NCBI GenBank assembly: GCA_004292605.1
Contig: RDXK01000097.1
Location: 40,863 to 104,862, forward strand
Direction: 5' to 3'
Origin: Bacteroidota bacterium
Lineage (GTDB): Bacteria; Bacteroidota; Bacteroidia; Chitinophagales; Chitinophagaceae
DNA: 64,000 nucleotides
This document shows positions 1 to 9,910 of this stretch, in pieces. A program made the position numbers and the translations under genes. Below the pieces are notes generated by a model. That model was not told the DNA's origin and did no database searches. It saw only the letters and a list, made by a program, of their open reading frames with translations. The stretch's first letter is position 1; each line of letters opens with the position of its first letter.

Positions 1-237
1 TAACTGTGACCATGCAGGTACAGCACACACAAATAGCACAAAGGCCAATAAGCACTTTTTTACTAAGCAATTCATACGCAATCGTTGTTTGTGTAATAAT
101 TACACGAAGCAAATATGTGTATATTTTACACAACTAAGAAATAATGTTAATGATTCTGTAATATGAAGACAAAAAAAATGACAATTTGCTGCATTTATTC
201 ACCTTAAAAAGTGGCAAATACACCCAAAATATGGAAT

Positions 238-822
238 TTACTTAGCAGTATCCGTGTAGCTAAGCTGGGTGGTAGGAATAATTTTGAAAAAAGTAATATC
301 GCTTAAATCGTTGCTGGCCTGCATACCCAATGCTTCAATAATTTGCTCTTTGGTATGTACACTTACAAACTGCTGGGTGTAAAAAAGCTGGGTAGTTTGA
401 TCCCAAAAAAGCTCGTTGGTAAACAGCGTATCGCCTTTTACAGTAATAAGCCTTACATTATTGCGTAGCACTACTTTATTCTCAAGTTCTAGGTATTGGG
501 CGTACTTGGCATCTAGCCTACTTTCTATCTGGGTGTTTTTATCGTAAAAATCTACATGTAAGGTTCTAGGAAAAATTATCTTGGGCGTATCTAGTAAGTG
601 GCGTTCCATATACGGGGCAGTAAGCTTCGCCTTCATTTTACCGCCCTGACTGTAGAAACTTGTCACTTTTTCCGCCGTTTCCACGCCTATTTTTTTTCGG
701 CTCAGTGCCCTAACTTCATCAATATTGTTTTCGCAGCCTGCCAGTACCAAAACGGTAAAAGCTAGTACGGCTACCCGTGCCGGTTTACTCGCTGAAAAAA
801 GGTTTGGTAAAACCTTAATCAT
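238..822 (-). CDS. lptC: LptC-like membrane-anchored periplasmic LPS-export protein
   Basis: ORF 238..894 trimmed to the ATG at 822 (MIKVLPNLF...), which overlaps the upstream stop by 8 nt. Has an N-terminal hydrophobic anchor (VAVLAFTVLVLAGC). Size of about 190 aa and position after coaX and an OM barrel gene are typical of Bacteroidota lptC. This is family recognition by eye only. Confidence 0.5.
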   Translation of the reverse strand: MIKVLPNLFSASKPARVAVLAFTVLVLAGCENNIDEVRALSRKKIGVETAEKVTSFYSQGGKMKAKLTAPYMERHLLDTPKIIFPRTLHVDFYDKNTQIESRLDAKYAQYLELENKVVLRNNVRLITVKGDTLFTNELFWDQTTQLFYTQQFVSVHTKEQIIEALGMQASNDLSDITFFKIIPTTQLSYTDTAK

Positions 823-2161
823 ACCTACGTTTTTGGAACCAAATATCGCTGAGCGATAAGCCCAAAGTAATACGCACAAAACGTTCAGAAACATTGTTTA
901 CGCTACTGCCTCGCTGCCCAAAATCGGCCGCCAAGTTTATCATCGTAAATTGGGTACTATAAGCACTAAACTTACGTAGGTTAAAACCCATACCCAAGGT
1001 AAAGCCAGTTACTTGTAAGCCATTTCCATCGGCATTGATATAATCTTTTCCGCGGTAGATACCTGCACGGTACGTACTACGGGCTAATAAACTTTTTACA
1101 TTGGTAGGGTTGGGCGTAATTTGAGCTCCTAAACGGGCCATCCAGGAATTGGTAACCCTATCGGTTTGGCCAAAATAGCGGTAAGCATTCCAGTTAGTGG
1201 CATTGTATTCTGCACCCACCATCCATCGGTCGTAAGCACCCATTTTACCCGTTTCGTTGGCACCAATCATTACACCCATACTTACGCTTGCAGGCAAAAC
1301 TATTTTACCGGTAGTACCCGTGGTAGCAAAAACACTATCAATACGTACGGTACCACCTGCTGCATTAAAACCAATGGTTTGAGCTAAATCGTCCCGCTCA
1401 GCATTCATAGATTGCTGTAGGTTACCTGTAGCCCCAAACCGCAAAAACGTAACTTTTGTTTGTCCGCCATTGGCTTCTACTTTGCTTTTTAAAGCCACTT
1501 CGTATTGCAGGCCACCTTGTATAAATAATCGAGAAAAGTTTACGTTGGTTTGGTGTAGCGATGCTTGGTATTGCACCGTATCGTTGATAAAAATAGTCTT
1601 GGTACTAGTTTGTTTCCGTCCAAACAAATAACCAGTATTAATACCCACGCTTAAACCCTTCCAGCGTTTAGCCACGCCTATAAACAGTTGGTTTAAACCA
1701 CCACTGCCTTGAAACAAGTTTTGTACACTATCTATACCGGGTAAACGGCCTGTACCTACTACGCTGTAGTTTACACGGGTAAATGGCCTTACGCCTAATA
1801 CGCCAAACATTTTGCGTTTAGCACTTATGGGTACACCAATGGTTACATAGCTAGGGGTAAAGTTGATGCTGTTAAAGCTACCTTCTGGGTTATTGCTTTG
1901 CAGTCGTCTTTGGTCTACTATAAAACCTAAATCGTAGGTTACCAATCGTAAATTGGTATAGCTAGCAGGGTTCATGGTATTTACGGCTTGTGCATCGGCA
2001 AAAGCGGCTGTCATGCCACCCATAGCTCTCGATGCGGCCATTTGGTTAGGCACTAAATCGCCCAAACCATACCTTGAAAAAGGAGAATTCTCTTGTGCTA
2101 CAGCTAATACACTAGTAACCACACATGCTAGGAACAGGGAAATGTTAAAAATTTTTCTCAC
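815..2161 (-). CDS. Outer-membrane beta-barrel protein (porin/FadL-like, unnamed family)
   Basis: The ORF track gives 815..2203 with a TTG start. A GTG at 2161 gives MRKIFNISLFLACVVTSVLAVAQ, a clean signal peptide, and cuts the overlap with coaX to 17 nt. The protein is rich in alternating beta-strand pattern, has the motif SPFSRYGLGD, and ends in an aromatic-rich C-terminus. Confidence 0.5.
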   Translation of the reverse strand: MRKIFNISLFLACVVTSVLAVAQENSPFSRYGLGDLVPNQMAASRAMGGMTAAFADAQAVNTMNPASYTNLRLVTYDLGFIVDQRRLQSNNPEGSFNSINFTPSYVTIGVPISAKRKMFGVLGVRPFTRVNYSVVGTGRLPGIDSVQNLFQGSGGLNQLFIGVAKRWKGLSVGINTGYLFGRKQTSTKTIFINDTVQYQASLHQTNVNFSRLFIQGGLQYEVALKSKVEANGGQTKVTFLRFGATGNLQQSMNAERDDLAQTIGFNAAGGTVRIDSVFATTGTTGKIVLPASVSMGVMIGANETGKMGAYDRWMVGAEYNATNWNAYRYFGQTDRVTNSWMARLGAQITPNPTNVKSLLARSTYRAGIYRGKDYINADGNGLQVTGFTLGMGFNLRKFSAYSTQFTMINLAADFGQRGSSVNNVSERFVRITLGLSLSDIWFQKRRYD

Positions 2162-2873
2162 AAATAGCGTATAAGCCTTTAAATAATAAATTTTGGTCTG
2201 CAAATATCTTGTTTTTCAAACGGGGCACAAAATAGCCCAAATCTCCACCGGTTAAAAGCACGTTAAAGTTGCTCAGGTTTTTGGCATATTGGTCTATAAT
2301 TCCATCTATCTCCGCTGCCATCCCCCACACTACACCACTTTGCAAATTGGTAAGTGTATCAAAACCCATGAGCGGCACATTGGGTGCTGCTTCCACCAAA
2401 GGTAGTAGGGCAGTTTGCTGGTGCATAGCTAAAAAACGCATCTGCATACCTGGCGAAATGGAGCCACCTACAAACTGGTTAAACACGTTTACATAATTAT
2501 AAGTAATACAAGTGCCTAAAGCAATAACCAAACTATGCGATGCCGGAAACTGGTGAACGGCTGCCGCCACCAAGGCCAATCTATCCGCCCCTATGGTAGC
2601 TGGTTTGGCTACAGGCGTGGTAAATGGTAGAATAGTTTCATGACTCAATTTATGGAACTGCGTGTGCTGCTGTAGCCATTCCTCTATTTCTATGGGGTGA
2701 TGAATGACACTAGATAAAAAACTTCGTTCTGCCCGATGCTCGGCTACGGCTTGCTGTACTAACGCTACTGAAGGCTCGGCCAATGTATGCACACTAGCCA
2801 ATTGCCCTTGTACAAATAGGGCATATTTTACACGGGTGTTCCCAAAATCGAAGCAAATGGTGGTAACCGCCAT
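2145..2873 (-). CDS. coaX: Type III pantothenate kinase
   Basis: N-terminal ICFDFGNTRVKYAL (DxGNT phosphate-1 motif), about 240 aa, ASKHA-fold pattern with GGD near the C-terminus. Confidence 0.85.
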   Translation of the reverse strand: MAVTTICFDFGNTRVKYALFVQGQLASVHTLAEPSVALVQQAVAEHRAERSFLSSVIHHPIEIEEWLQQHTQFHKLSHETILPFTTPVAKPATIGADRLALVAAAVHQFPASHSLVIALGTCITYNYVNVFNQFVGGSISPGMQMRFLAMHQQTALLPLVEAAPNVPLMGFDTLTNLQSGVVWGMAAEIDGIIDQYAKNLSNFNVLLTGGDLGYFVPRLKNKIFADQNLLFKGLYAICEKNF

Positions 2874-2876
2874 AGC

Positions 2877-3476
2877 TTAATTGTAATTTATGTTCGATAA
2901 TAAACTGGCCAAACTGCTTTCCTCGTGTTTTAAAAATTCCGAAATGTGGAGCCGAAGATATTGTAAACGATGGTCTTCTTCGAACAAACTTACAATTCGG
3001 TATCGCTGCATGGTATCTAAACCCACCACAGCAGCCAAATCGTAACTACTGGTATTTTGTAAAGCTATCGGTAGTTCTACGTTCAATTGTTTGTACAGTT
3101 TGTGCACTAAATCTATCACTTTGGTGTGTAGCAATGGCTTGCCCTGCATTATATTATCGGGGTAGTTTACTATGGCACCGCTGTATAATTTTCCAGGAAT
3201 TTCCGCTACCACAGTTAGCAATTGAAATACCTGCATACCCACTACTTCTATATCCATACTACCATCGGCATGGGTGTATTCTATGCTTTTTACCTCTAAT
3301 AAGGTACCGTATTCACCTATGCCTTTGGTAAAAACTACCGGCATTCCAAAAGGTTTCTTCTCCTCTACACAGTAGTGTATCAGCTGCTTGTAGCGTTCCT
3401 CAAAAATGTGCAACTTCAATGTTTGCGTAGGAAACACCACCGTGTTCAATGGAAATATGGGAATAAAATTTGTCAA
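2877..3476 (-). CDS. LON N-terminal (substrate-binding) domain protein
   Basis: IPIFPLNTVVFPTQTLKLHIFEERYKQLI is the typical start of stand-alone Lon N-domain proteins. About 200 aa. Confidence 0.7.
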   Translation of the reverse strand: MTNFIPIFPLNTVVFPTQTLKLHIFEERYKQLIHYCVEEKKPFGMPVVFTKGIGEYGTLLEVKSIEYTHADGSMDIEVVGMQVFQLLTVVAEIPGKLYSGAIVNYPDNIMQGKPLLHTKVIDLVHKLYKQLNVELPIALQNTSSYDLAAVVGLDTMQRYRIVSLFEEDHRLQYLRLHISEFLKHEESSLASLLSNINYN

Positions 3477-3578
3477 CTTTCCAGCTTATTGGTTTATTAC
3501 AATTATAGGGCAATAATGGTTGGGTACCATACTGCCACTAGTTTTTCGCCTATTTTCGCCCGTGTACAAGCAAATACT

Positions 3579-4451
3579 ATGCAAATAGCAGGTTTTACCA
3601 TCATAAAAAATGCATTATTGAACGATTATCCTGTAAAAGAGGCTATTCTTTCTGTACTACCCGTGGTAGATAAAATGTATGTATTTGTGGGCAAAAGCGA
3701 CGATGAAACGCTGCCTTATATTCAAAGCTTTGCTACTGAAAAAATAGAAATTGTAGAAACCGTGTGGGACGATTCTGTACGCACCGGTGGTACCATTTTA
3801 GCCATAGAAACCAATAAGGCATTTGATTATATTCCTGCCCAATACACTTGGGCGTTTTATATACAGGCCGATGAAGCTGTGCACGAACAGTATTACCCCG
3901 CCATAAAAGCCGCCTGTGAAACTTGGAAAAATGATACCAATGTGCAAGGCTTGCTTTTTAATTATCTGCATTTTTATGGTACTTATAACTATGTGGGCGA
4001 TAGCCGTAAATGGTACCATAAAGAAGTAAGAATTATTAGAAACAATAAAGCCATACGCAGCTACAAGGATGCACAAGGTTTTAGAATAAACCAACAAAAA
4101 TTACCCGTAAAACCAATTGACGCTTGTATTTACCATTATGGCTGGGTAAAAACCCCGCAACAAATGGATAGAAAGCTGAAACAAGTAACCAAATATTGGA
4201 ACAACGATAATCCTGAATTTGTAGAATGGGTAAACAGTGCCGATAATTTTGATTATTCAGAGTTTGATAGCTTGGCCAAATTTACAGGCACACACCCGCA
4301 AGTATATTTACCCCGTATTGCCGCTCAAAACCTGCATTTGGAGCTAGATGTAAATAGAAAAAAAATGAGCCTGAAAAATAAATTCCTCTATTGGTTTGAA
4401 AAACAAACAGGACTGCGTTTGTTCGATTTTAAAAATTATAAAATTGTATAA
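3579..4451 (+). CDS. Glycosyltransferase (GT2-like)
   Basis: ORF 3375..4451 trimmed to the ATG at 3579 (MQIAGFTIIKNALLNDYP...). The start resembles GT2-like proteins, and the gene is directly followed by two clear GT2 genes. Confidence 0.5.
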   Translation: MQIAGFTIIKNALLNDYPVKEAILSVLPVVDKMYVFVGKSDDETLPYIQSFATEKIEIVETVWDDSVRTGGTILAIETNKAFDYIPAQYTWAFYIQADEAVHEQYYPAIKAACETWKNDTNVQGLLFNYLHFYGTYNYVGDSRKWYHKEVRIIRNNKAIRSYKDAQGFRINQQKLPVKPIDACIYHYGWVKTPQQMDRKLKQVTKYWNNDNPEFVEWVNSADNFDYSEFDSLAKFTGTHPQVYLPRIAAQNLHLELDVNRKKMSLKNKFLYWFEKQTGLRLFDFKNYKIV

Positions 4452-5261
4452 ATGCCGTTACCACCTTGCTCGTTACTAATAGCCACGTACAATTGGCCAA
4501 AAGCCTTGGAGCTATGCCTACACACGGTTTTACAACAGTCGGTTTTACCCAACGAAATCATCATTGCCGATGATGGCAGTAAACCACCCACCACCGAGGT
4601 TATTGAACAATTTACTGCAAATTCTCCCGTACCGGTAGTGCATGTTTGGCACCCCGATGCTGGCTTTCAGCTGGCCCAAATACGTAACAAAGCATTTGCA
4701 AAAGCACAGTACAATTATGTAATACAAATTGATGGCGATTTATTGCTACACCCACATTTTATTGCCGACCATTTAGCCATAGCCAAACCCAACCATTTTG
4801 TAAGTGGTAGCCGGGTACTATTATCGGAAAAAACAACCCGATTTTTACTACAGCAAAACACCCCATTTCAAGGGGTAAAAACACTGGGAAACGATAAGAA
4901 TTTTTTCAACGGGTTACGCCTACCCGCCATTCGAAATTTTTTGGCGGATAAGTATAAGCAAAGCGGTAAAAATACCTACTATGTTAAAGGCTGCAATATG
5001 GCTTTTTGGAAGAATGATTTATTAGCCGTAAACGGTTACAACGAAGCGTTTACGGGCTGGGGCCGGGAGGATAGCGAATTGGCCATACGCCTTATTAATA
5101 CGGGTATAAAAAAACGTTTCCTAAAAATGGGTGGTGTTAGCTACCACCTATGGCACAAGGAAGCTAGCCGAGATAATGAAGCCACCAATACCGCTATGAT
5201 GGAAAAAGCTATCCAGGAAAAACATGTTTGGGCACCTAAAGGCATTAACCAATACCTGTAA
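4452..5261 (+). CDS. Glycosyltransferase family 2
   Basis: LLIATYNWPKALELCL...IIIADDGS and a later DGD motif. Its start abuts the previous stop. Confidence 0.8.
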   Translation: MPLPPCSLLIATYNWPKALELCLHTVLQQSVLPNEIIIADDGSKPPTTEVIEQFTANSPVPVVHVWHPDAGFQLAQIRNKAFAKAQYNYVIQIDGDLLLHPHFIADHLAIAKPNHFVSGSRVLLSEKTTRFLLQQNTPFQGVKTLGNDKNFFNGLRLPAIRNFLADKYKQSGKNTYYVKGCNMAFWKNDLLAVNGYNEAFTGWGREDSELAIRLINTGIKKRFLKMGGVSYHLWHKEASRDNEATNTAMMEKAIQEKHVWAPKGINQYL

Positions 5262-5264
5262 ACC

Positions 5265-6164
5265 ATGAAAGTATCGGTGATAATGTGTACCTATAATGGG
5301 GCAGCTTTTTTACAAGCCCAGCTACAAAGCATAGTAGCCCAAACCTACCCCTTATTAGAGCTCCTTATTTTCGACGATTGTTCCACCGACGAAAGTTTTA
5401 CTATACTACAAAACTTTGCTACGCATCACAGCTTTGTGCAATGTTTCCAAAACCCAACACGATTGGGCTTTACAAAAAATTTTGAACAAGCCTTGCTCAA
5501 AGCCAATGGCAATGTGATAGCCATAGCCGATCAGGATGATATTTGGTTACCTACCAAAATTTCCGATTTAATAGCTGTTTGGCAGCCCGATAGTCCGCTT
5601 GTTTACTGCGATTCCCAGCGGTTTAGCGGCACCCCACCTACCCACGCCCAACCAGCTAAAAACTACCGACGATTTCAAGGCCATCAGCCCGAACAATTGT
5701 TTTTTTTCAATACCATTAGTGGGCACGCACTTTTAGTAAAAAAAGATTTTCTAAAAAACGTTTTACCCTTTAGTGAAGGTATTTATTACGACTGGCAAAT
5801 GGCCGTTACAGCTTGCCAACACGGCGGTGTACAGTACCTACCTAAAACCTTGGTACTACAGCGGGTACACGGTAATAATGAAAGTATAGATACGCAGGAT
5901 GATAAGGAAAGTTTTTTACGCTACCGGCAGCAGGTGGCCCAGCATTTACAGTTTTTTGTGCAGCGTGCTAGCTTGCCACCACACACCGCTACACTAGCTA
6001 CACAGCTAGCCCATTTTTTACAAAACACACAGCCATCTACAGCTCAAAAATGGCAAGGTTTTGTACGCATCTGGTGGCATGCCGCCACCCTTTTTCACTA
6101 TAAAAAAAGATTGTTCCCCTACTTCTCTTACATAAAACATGCCTACAAATGGGCATTTACTTAG
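5265..6164 (+). CDS. Glycosyltransferase family 2
   Basis: VSVIMCTYNGAAFLQAQLQSIVAQTY...IFDDCSTD...DQDD, canonical GT2 N-terminal motifs. Confidence 0.8.
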   Translation: MKVSVIMCTYNGAAFLQAQLQSIVAQTYPLLELLIFDDCSTDESFTILQNFATHHSFVQCFQNPTRLGFTKNFEQALLKANGNVIAIADQDDIWLPTKISDLIAVWQPDSPLVYCDSQRFSGTPPTHAQPAKNYRRFQGHQPEQLFFFNTISGHALLVKKDFLKNVLPFSEGIYYDWQMAVTACQHGGVQYLPKTLVLQRVHGNNESIDTQDDKESFLRYRQQVAQHLQFFVQRASLPPHTATLATQLAHFLQNTQPSTAQKWQGFVRIWWHAATLFHYKKRLFPYFSYIKHAYKWAFT

Positions 6165-6173
6165 CTTAGCACC

Positions 6174-7067
6174 ATGCAGTACCATTGGCAAAATTTATTA
6201 CCCGCCGTTTTACAGGGGCAAACCAAAGCTATAGCCCGCTGTATTAGTCTGCTGGAAAACGAAGTACCCGGCTATACCACGTTTTTACAATCGCTTCCCA
6301 TTAGCCATACACCCGTAATAGGTATTACTGGCCCGCCCGGTGCTGGCAAAAGCACCCTAACCGATGCATTAATTGGGCAGCTAGTAAACGCTGGTAAAAA
6401 AGTAGCCGTGCTGTGTGTGGACCCTAGTAGCCCCTTTAACCTTGGTGCCGTGCTGGGCGATAGAATACGCATGAGTAGCTGGTATAACAATAGCCAAGTG
6501 TACATACGCTCCTTAGCCACCCGTGGTAGTATGGGCGGCTTACACCCTAGCATACTTGAAATTACCGATGTTTTAAAAGTAGCCAGGTTCGATTATGTGG
6601 TGGTAGAAACCGTGGGCGTGGGCCAAAGTGAAATAGAAATTACGGGCCTGGCGGATGTTACTGTGGTAGTACTAGTACCCGAAGCTGGCGACGATATACA
6701 AACCATGAAGGCAGGCCTTATGGAAATAGCCAACATATTTGTAGTAAATAAATTTGATAGGCCACAGGCCAAAAAATTTGTGCAGTACCTACAGCTCATG
6801 CTAGCACCCGTGTACCAAAAACAAAATGTACCCATAGTGCCCACCATAGCACATATGGGCCAGGGCGTGGCAGAACTGTTGGCCGCCATACAGCAGCACC
6901 TACAAGCTCCTAAAAACGCTACAAAAAAGCATTGGCTACTTACCGAGAAAGCTTATAAACTTATACAGCAACACAAAATGAAAACGGTAGATAAACAGGC
7001 CCTTTTTACCGCTATAAGTACACAGCAAAACCTACATTTATATTCCTTTATACAATCTTATTTATAA
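6174..7067 (+). CDS. meaB: MeaB/ArgK-type G3E-family GTPase (methylmalonyl-CoA mutase accessory-like)
   Basis: P-loop GITGPPGAGKSTL, then VDPSSP, ETVGVGQSE and NKFD motifs characteristic of the ArgK/MeaB family. Confidence 0.8.
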   Translation: MQYHWQNLLPAVLQGQTKAIARCISLLENEVPGYTTFLQSLPISHTPVIGITGPPGAGKSTLTDALIGQLVNAGKKVAVLCVDPSSPFNLGAVLGDRIRMSSWYNNSQVYIRSLATRGSMGGLHPSILEITDVLKVARFDYVVVETVGVGQSEIEITGLADVTVVVLVPEAGDDIQTMKAGLMEIANIFVVNKFDRPQAKKFVQYLQLMLAPVYQKQNVPIVPTIAHMGQGVAELLAAIQQHLQAPKNATKKHWLLTEKAYKLIQQHKMKTVDKQALFTAISTQQNLHLYSFIQSYL

Positions 7068-7071
7068 TTAT

Positions 7072-7329
7072 ATGAGTTATCCAAAACCCGCTGGTAATGC
7101 CCCCATTTCCTGCACATTAGAGGCCGATAAAGTATACGCTTGGTGCACTTGCGGCTTAAGCGAAAAACAACCTTTTTGCGACGGGAAACACAAAACCGAC
7201 CCCGAGTGCGACTTAAAAAGTTTAAAGTTTACGGCCGATGCTAGCGGCACCGCTTGGCTATGCACCTGTAAGCTTACCAAAAACCCACCGTATTGCGATG
7301 GTTCGCATAAAACCCTACCTAACCCGTAA
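7072..7329 (+). CDS. CDGSH iron-sulfur domain protein
   Basis: Two CxC...CDG(K/S)HK motifs (CTCGLSEKQPFCDGKHK and CTCKLTKNPPYCDGSHK). Confidence 0.85.
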   Translation: MSYPKPAGNAPISCTLEADKVYAWCTCGLSEKQPFCDGKHKTDPECDLKSLKFTADASGTAWLCTCKLTKNPPYCDGSHKTLPNP

Positions 7330-7350
7330 ATTAGGGTTTACGCTTTAGTA

Positions 7351-7465
7351 TTGGGGGCTTACCCACAAGGGGTCGGGCTGTACGCTACTAGTCCTCGCCA
7401 CCCACCCACACTATCGGTAGGGGTGTGTGTCTGTGGGCTATCCGCTGCCATCCCTAAGCCGGCAT
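7351..7465. repeat. Intergenic repeat element, copy A (long variant)
   Basis: Shares two conserved blocks, in the same orientation, with 57661..57747. By hand alignment these are TTACCCACAAGGGGTCGG.CTGT.CGCT.CTAGTCCTC (35/38) and GGGCTAT.CGCTGCCAT.CCTAA (22/24). The central core is variable. Confidence 0.6.
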
Positions 7466-7529
7466 TGTGCCCGGTAAAGTGTTGGTGCCGTGATGCAAAA
7501 ATATAATTGCGGTGTATAGGTAATTTACC

Positions 7530-7763
7530 CTACAATCCCTCGCTTTTTAAAACTTCCTTCTCCTTACGCCACCACGTGATACCTATATAGGCCATAATAG
7601 CTAGCGGTGTAAGCATTAAGTAAATAATACCATTGTTCAAGGCACCCGCAGGCTCCTCACCCAATTGCTGAGCGGTTTTTGTACAAATACTACACTGTGC
7701 CACAGCATCGTGCATTAAAAGTGCTAGTAAAGCTAGCGTACCCAGTTTCTTGTACTTTTTCAT
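7530..7763 (-). CDS. Small secreted or membrane protein (signal peptide, CxxC, C-terminal TM helix)
   Basis: MKKYKKLGTLALLALLMHDAVAQ signal peptide, then CSIC and one hydrophobic helix (IIYLMLTPLAIMAYIGITWW). No function recognised. Confidence 0.45.
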   Translation of the reverse strand: MKKYKKLGTLALLALLMHDAVAQCSICTKTAQQLGEEPAGALNNGIIYLMLTPLAIMAYIGITWWRKEKEVLKSEGL

Positions 7764-7801
7764 GTTGCAAAATTAAAAGGTATGGTGCAGCCACCAAAAC
7801 A

Positions 7802-8524
7802 TTACTTAGGCTCAAAAAGCCACCAAATTTTTCGGCGTTGTTTTACCGTATAGTAGGTGGTAACATATTTTTTTATATGGTTCATAGCCTCTGGTATACT
7901 ATCGGTAAGTAATACATAGTTTAAATCGGGGGCACTAGCCATACCTTCTGCCACCATTTTTTGCATATACTCGTACAAAGGCTGGTAAAACTGAGTACCA
8001 AATAAAATAATAGGAAACTGTGTAATGGTTTTGGTTTGCACCAGTGTTAGGGCTTCAAAAAACTCATCCATAGTACCAAAACCGCCGGGTAACACCACAA
8101 AAGCATAGGAGTATTTTACCAGCAGCACCTTACGTGTAAAAAAGTATTGCATGGTAATACCCTTGGTTAAATATGGGTTGGCACTTTGCTCATGCGGCAA
8201 TACTATGTTGATGCCCACACTAGTACCACCGTTTTCAAAAGCACCTTTATTGGCGGCCTCCATTATGCCAGGCCCACCACCAGTAAGCGTAGTAAAACCA
8301 GCTGCTGCTATTTGTTTACCAAACTCCTCCGCAGCCGTGTAGTAAAAACTACCAGGCTTGGTACGAGCACTACCAAAAACTGTAATACACGGCCCTACAA
8401 AGTGCAGGGTTCTAAAACTTTTAATAAACTCCCAAAACACTTTCCACGCAAAACCAAGCTCCAGTATGCGGGGTTTGGGTCCTTCTAAATACACATCGTC
8501 GTTCGTTAAAATACGTTCTTCCAT
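7802..8524 (-). CDS. LOG family / TIGR00730 Rossmann-fold nucleotide-binding protein
   Basis: GGGPGIMEAANKGA and PGGFGTMDEFFE motifs. Confidence 0.85.
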   Translation of the reverse strand: MEERILTNDDVYLEGPKPRILELGFAWKVFWEFIKSFRTLHFVGPCITVFGSARTKPGSFYYTAAEEFGKQIAAAGFTTLTGGGPGIMEAANKGAFENGGTSVGINIVLPHEQSANPYLTKGITMQYFFTRKVLLVKYSYAFVVLPGGFGTMDEFFEALTLVQTKTITQFPIILFGTQFYQPLYEYMQKMVAEGMASAPDLNYVLLTDSIPEAMNHIKKYVTTYYTVKQRRKIWWLFEPK

Positions 8525-8600
8525 ACGCTATAATATACTAAGGCTAAACCCACAAGTTAGCCTTACAGTTTATTACTTTTACCAACATTAACAAATACAT

Positions 8601-9365
8601 ATGCAAATAGTATCGTACAACCTTAATGGTATAAGAGCTGCTCATAAAAAAGGCTTGGTAGATTGGTTAGCCCAATACCAGCCCACCGTACTATGTGTAC
8701 AGGAAACCAAAGCCACCGAAAACGATTTTAATACCGCCTTACTTACACAGCTAGGCTACCATGTATACTGGTTTGCCGCACAAAAAAAAGGCTACAGCGG
8801 TGTGGCTATTTTTACCAAGGAAAAACCCTTAGAAGTTACCCACGGTAATGGTTTTGAACAAAGCAATGCAGAAGGCCGTGTTATCACTGCCTTTTACAAA
8901 AATTTTGCGCTGGTAAATGCGTATTTCCCCAGTGGTACTAGTGGTGATGAGCGACAAACCTATAAATACCAATGGCTTAACGAAATGCAGGAATATATAA
9001 CACAGTTACAGCAAAAACAACCCAATATAGTATTGGTAGGCGATTACAATATAGCCCATACTGATATAGATATTCACGACCCCAAAGGCAATAAAAATAG
9101 CTCAGGATTTTTACCAGAAGAAAAAGCTTGGATGACCCAATTTTTAAACAGTGGCTGGGTAGATAGTTTTAGACTATTGCACCCAGAGCAAACGGGAGCC
9201 TACACTTGGTGGAGCCAGCGTTTCCCCACGGTAAGGGCACAAAATAAAGGCTGGCGGATAGATTATATATGCACCACTAAAGCCTTTGCCGCAGCCGTAA
9301 AAACAGCCGGCATTTTGCCCGATGTAAAACATAGCGACCACTGCCCCATTTTTATTACGCTTTAA
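8601..9365 (+). CDS. xth: Exodeoxyribonuclease III
   Basis: MQIVSYNLNGIRAA...CVQETK...GDYNIAH...SDHCP, the EEP-family Xth pattern. 254 aa. Confidence 0.9.
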   Translation: MQIVSYNLNGIRAAHKKGLVDWLAQYQPTVLCVQETKATENDFNTALLTQLGYHVYWFAAQKKGYSGVAIFTKEKPLEVTHGNGFEQSNAEGRVITAFYKNFALVNAYFPSGTSGDERQTYKYQWLNEMQEYITQLQQKQPNIVLVGDYNIAHTDIDIHDPKGNKNSSGFLPEEKAWMTQFLNSGWVDSFRLLHPEQTGAYTWWSQRFPTVRAQNKGWRIDYICTTKAFAAAVKTAGILPDVKHSDHCPIFITL

Positions 9366-9373
9366 CCCAAACT

Positions 9374-9688
9374 ATGCAAGCTCATTTTATATACAATGTT
9401 ACCTGCTTAGTACACCACAGTATAGCACAGCCTTGGCTGGCTTGGATGCAGCAAACACATATTCCTGAAGTGCTACAAACACAATGCTTTTTGCACCACC
9501 ATATAGCCAAAGTATTGGAGCAAGATGAAGCCGAAGGTGTTACCTATACGGTACAATACTTTGCTGCTTCCAAGGCCGATTACAATAGATACATAAGCTT
9601 ACATGCTACCGCTTTGCGGGCTAAAACACAGCAGCAATGGGGCCAACAAGTAGTAGGTTTTAGAACTTTAATGGAAATTGTGCATTAA
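9374..9688 (+). CDS. DUF4286-like protein
   Basis: About 104 aa. The start FIYNVTCLVHHSIAQPWLAWMQQTHIPEVL resembles the Bacteroidota DUF4286 family. Recognition by eye. Confidence 0.5.
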   Translation: MQAHFIYNVTCLVHHSIAQPWLAWMQQTHIPEVLQTQCFLHHHIAKVLEQDEAEGVTYTVQYFAASKADYNRYISLHATALRAKTQQQWGQQVVGFRTLMEIVH

Positions 9689-9910
9689 CTGTGGAAACAA
9701 AAATTGCTAGCTAGGTACCGTAGTGCAAAAAACTGTATATTGTTTCAAAGCCATGTAAGTTTTCATTTTTGGCTGAAACCCTTTACCGGTAAGCATTTCG
9801 GCCGATTTTTGGTTTTGGCTGCGTAAAAACTAACTCCCATTTTTTGGAGCTATAAGTCACCTCCAACTGCCGCAAACCCTTATTGTACAATGGTTTTGGC
9901 AGAAAATTAT

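Noticed and set aside
1-237. Possible minus-strand gene start (ATG at 12-14 reading leftwards) and an AT-rich upstream region at the window start.
   Set aside because: Only four codons are visible inside the window, so no gene can be supported.
3375-3578. N-terminal extensions given by the ORF track: 3375, 11095, 12882, 16033, 24638, 47449, 48597, 51939, 894 and 61453.
   Set aside because: In each case an internal ATG yields a proper signal peptide or conserved N-terminus, and removes an overlap with the neighbouring gene. The extensions have implausible sequence.
6174-7329. MeaB-type GTPase without an adjacent methylmalonyl-CoA mutase, followed by a CDGSH protein. I considered it as an unusual metallochaperone pair.
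   Set aside because: G3E GTPases are frequently encoded away from their client enzymes. A 4-nt spacing alone is weak evidence for a functional pair, and there is no further sequence support.
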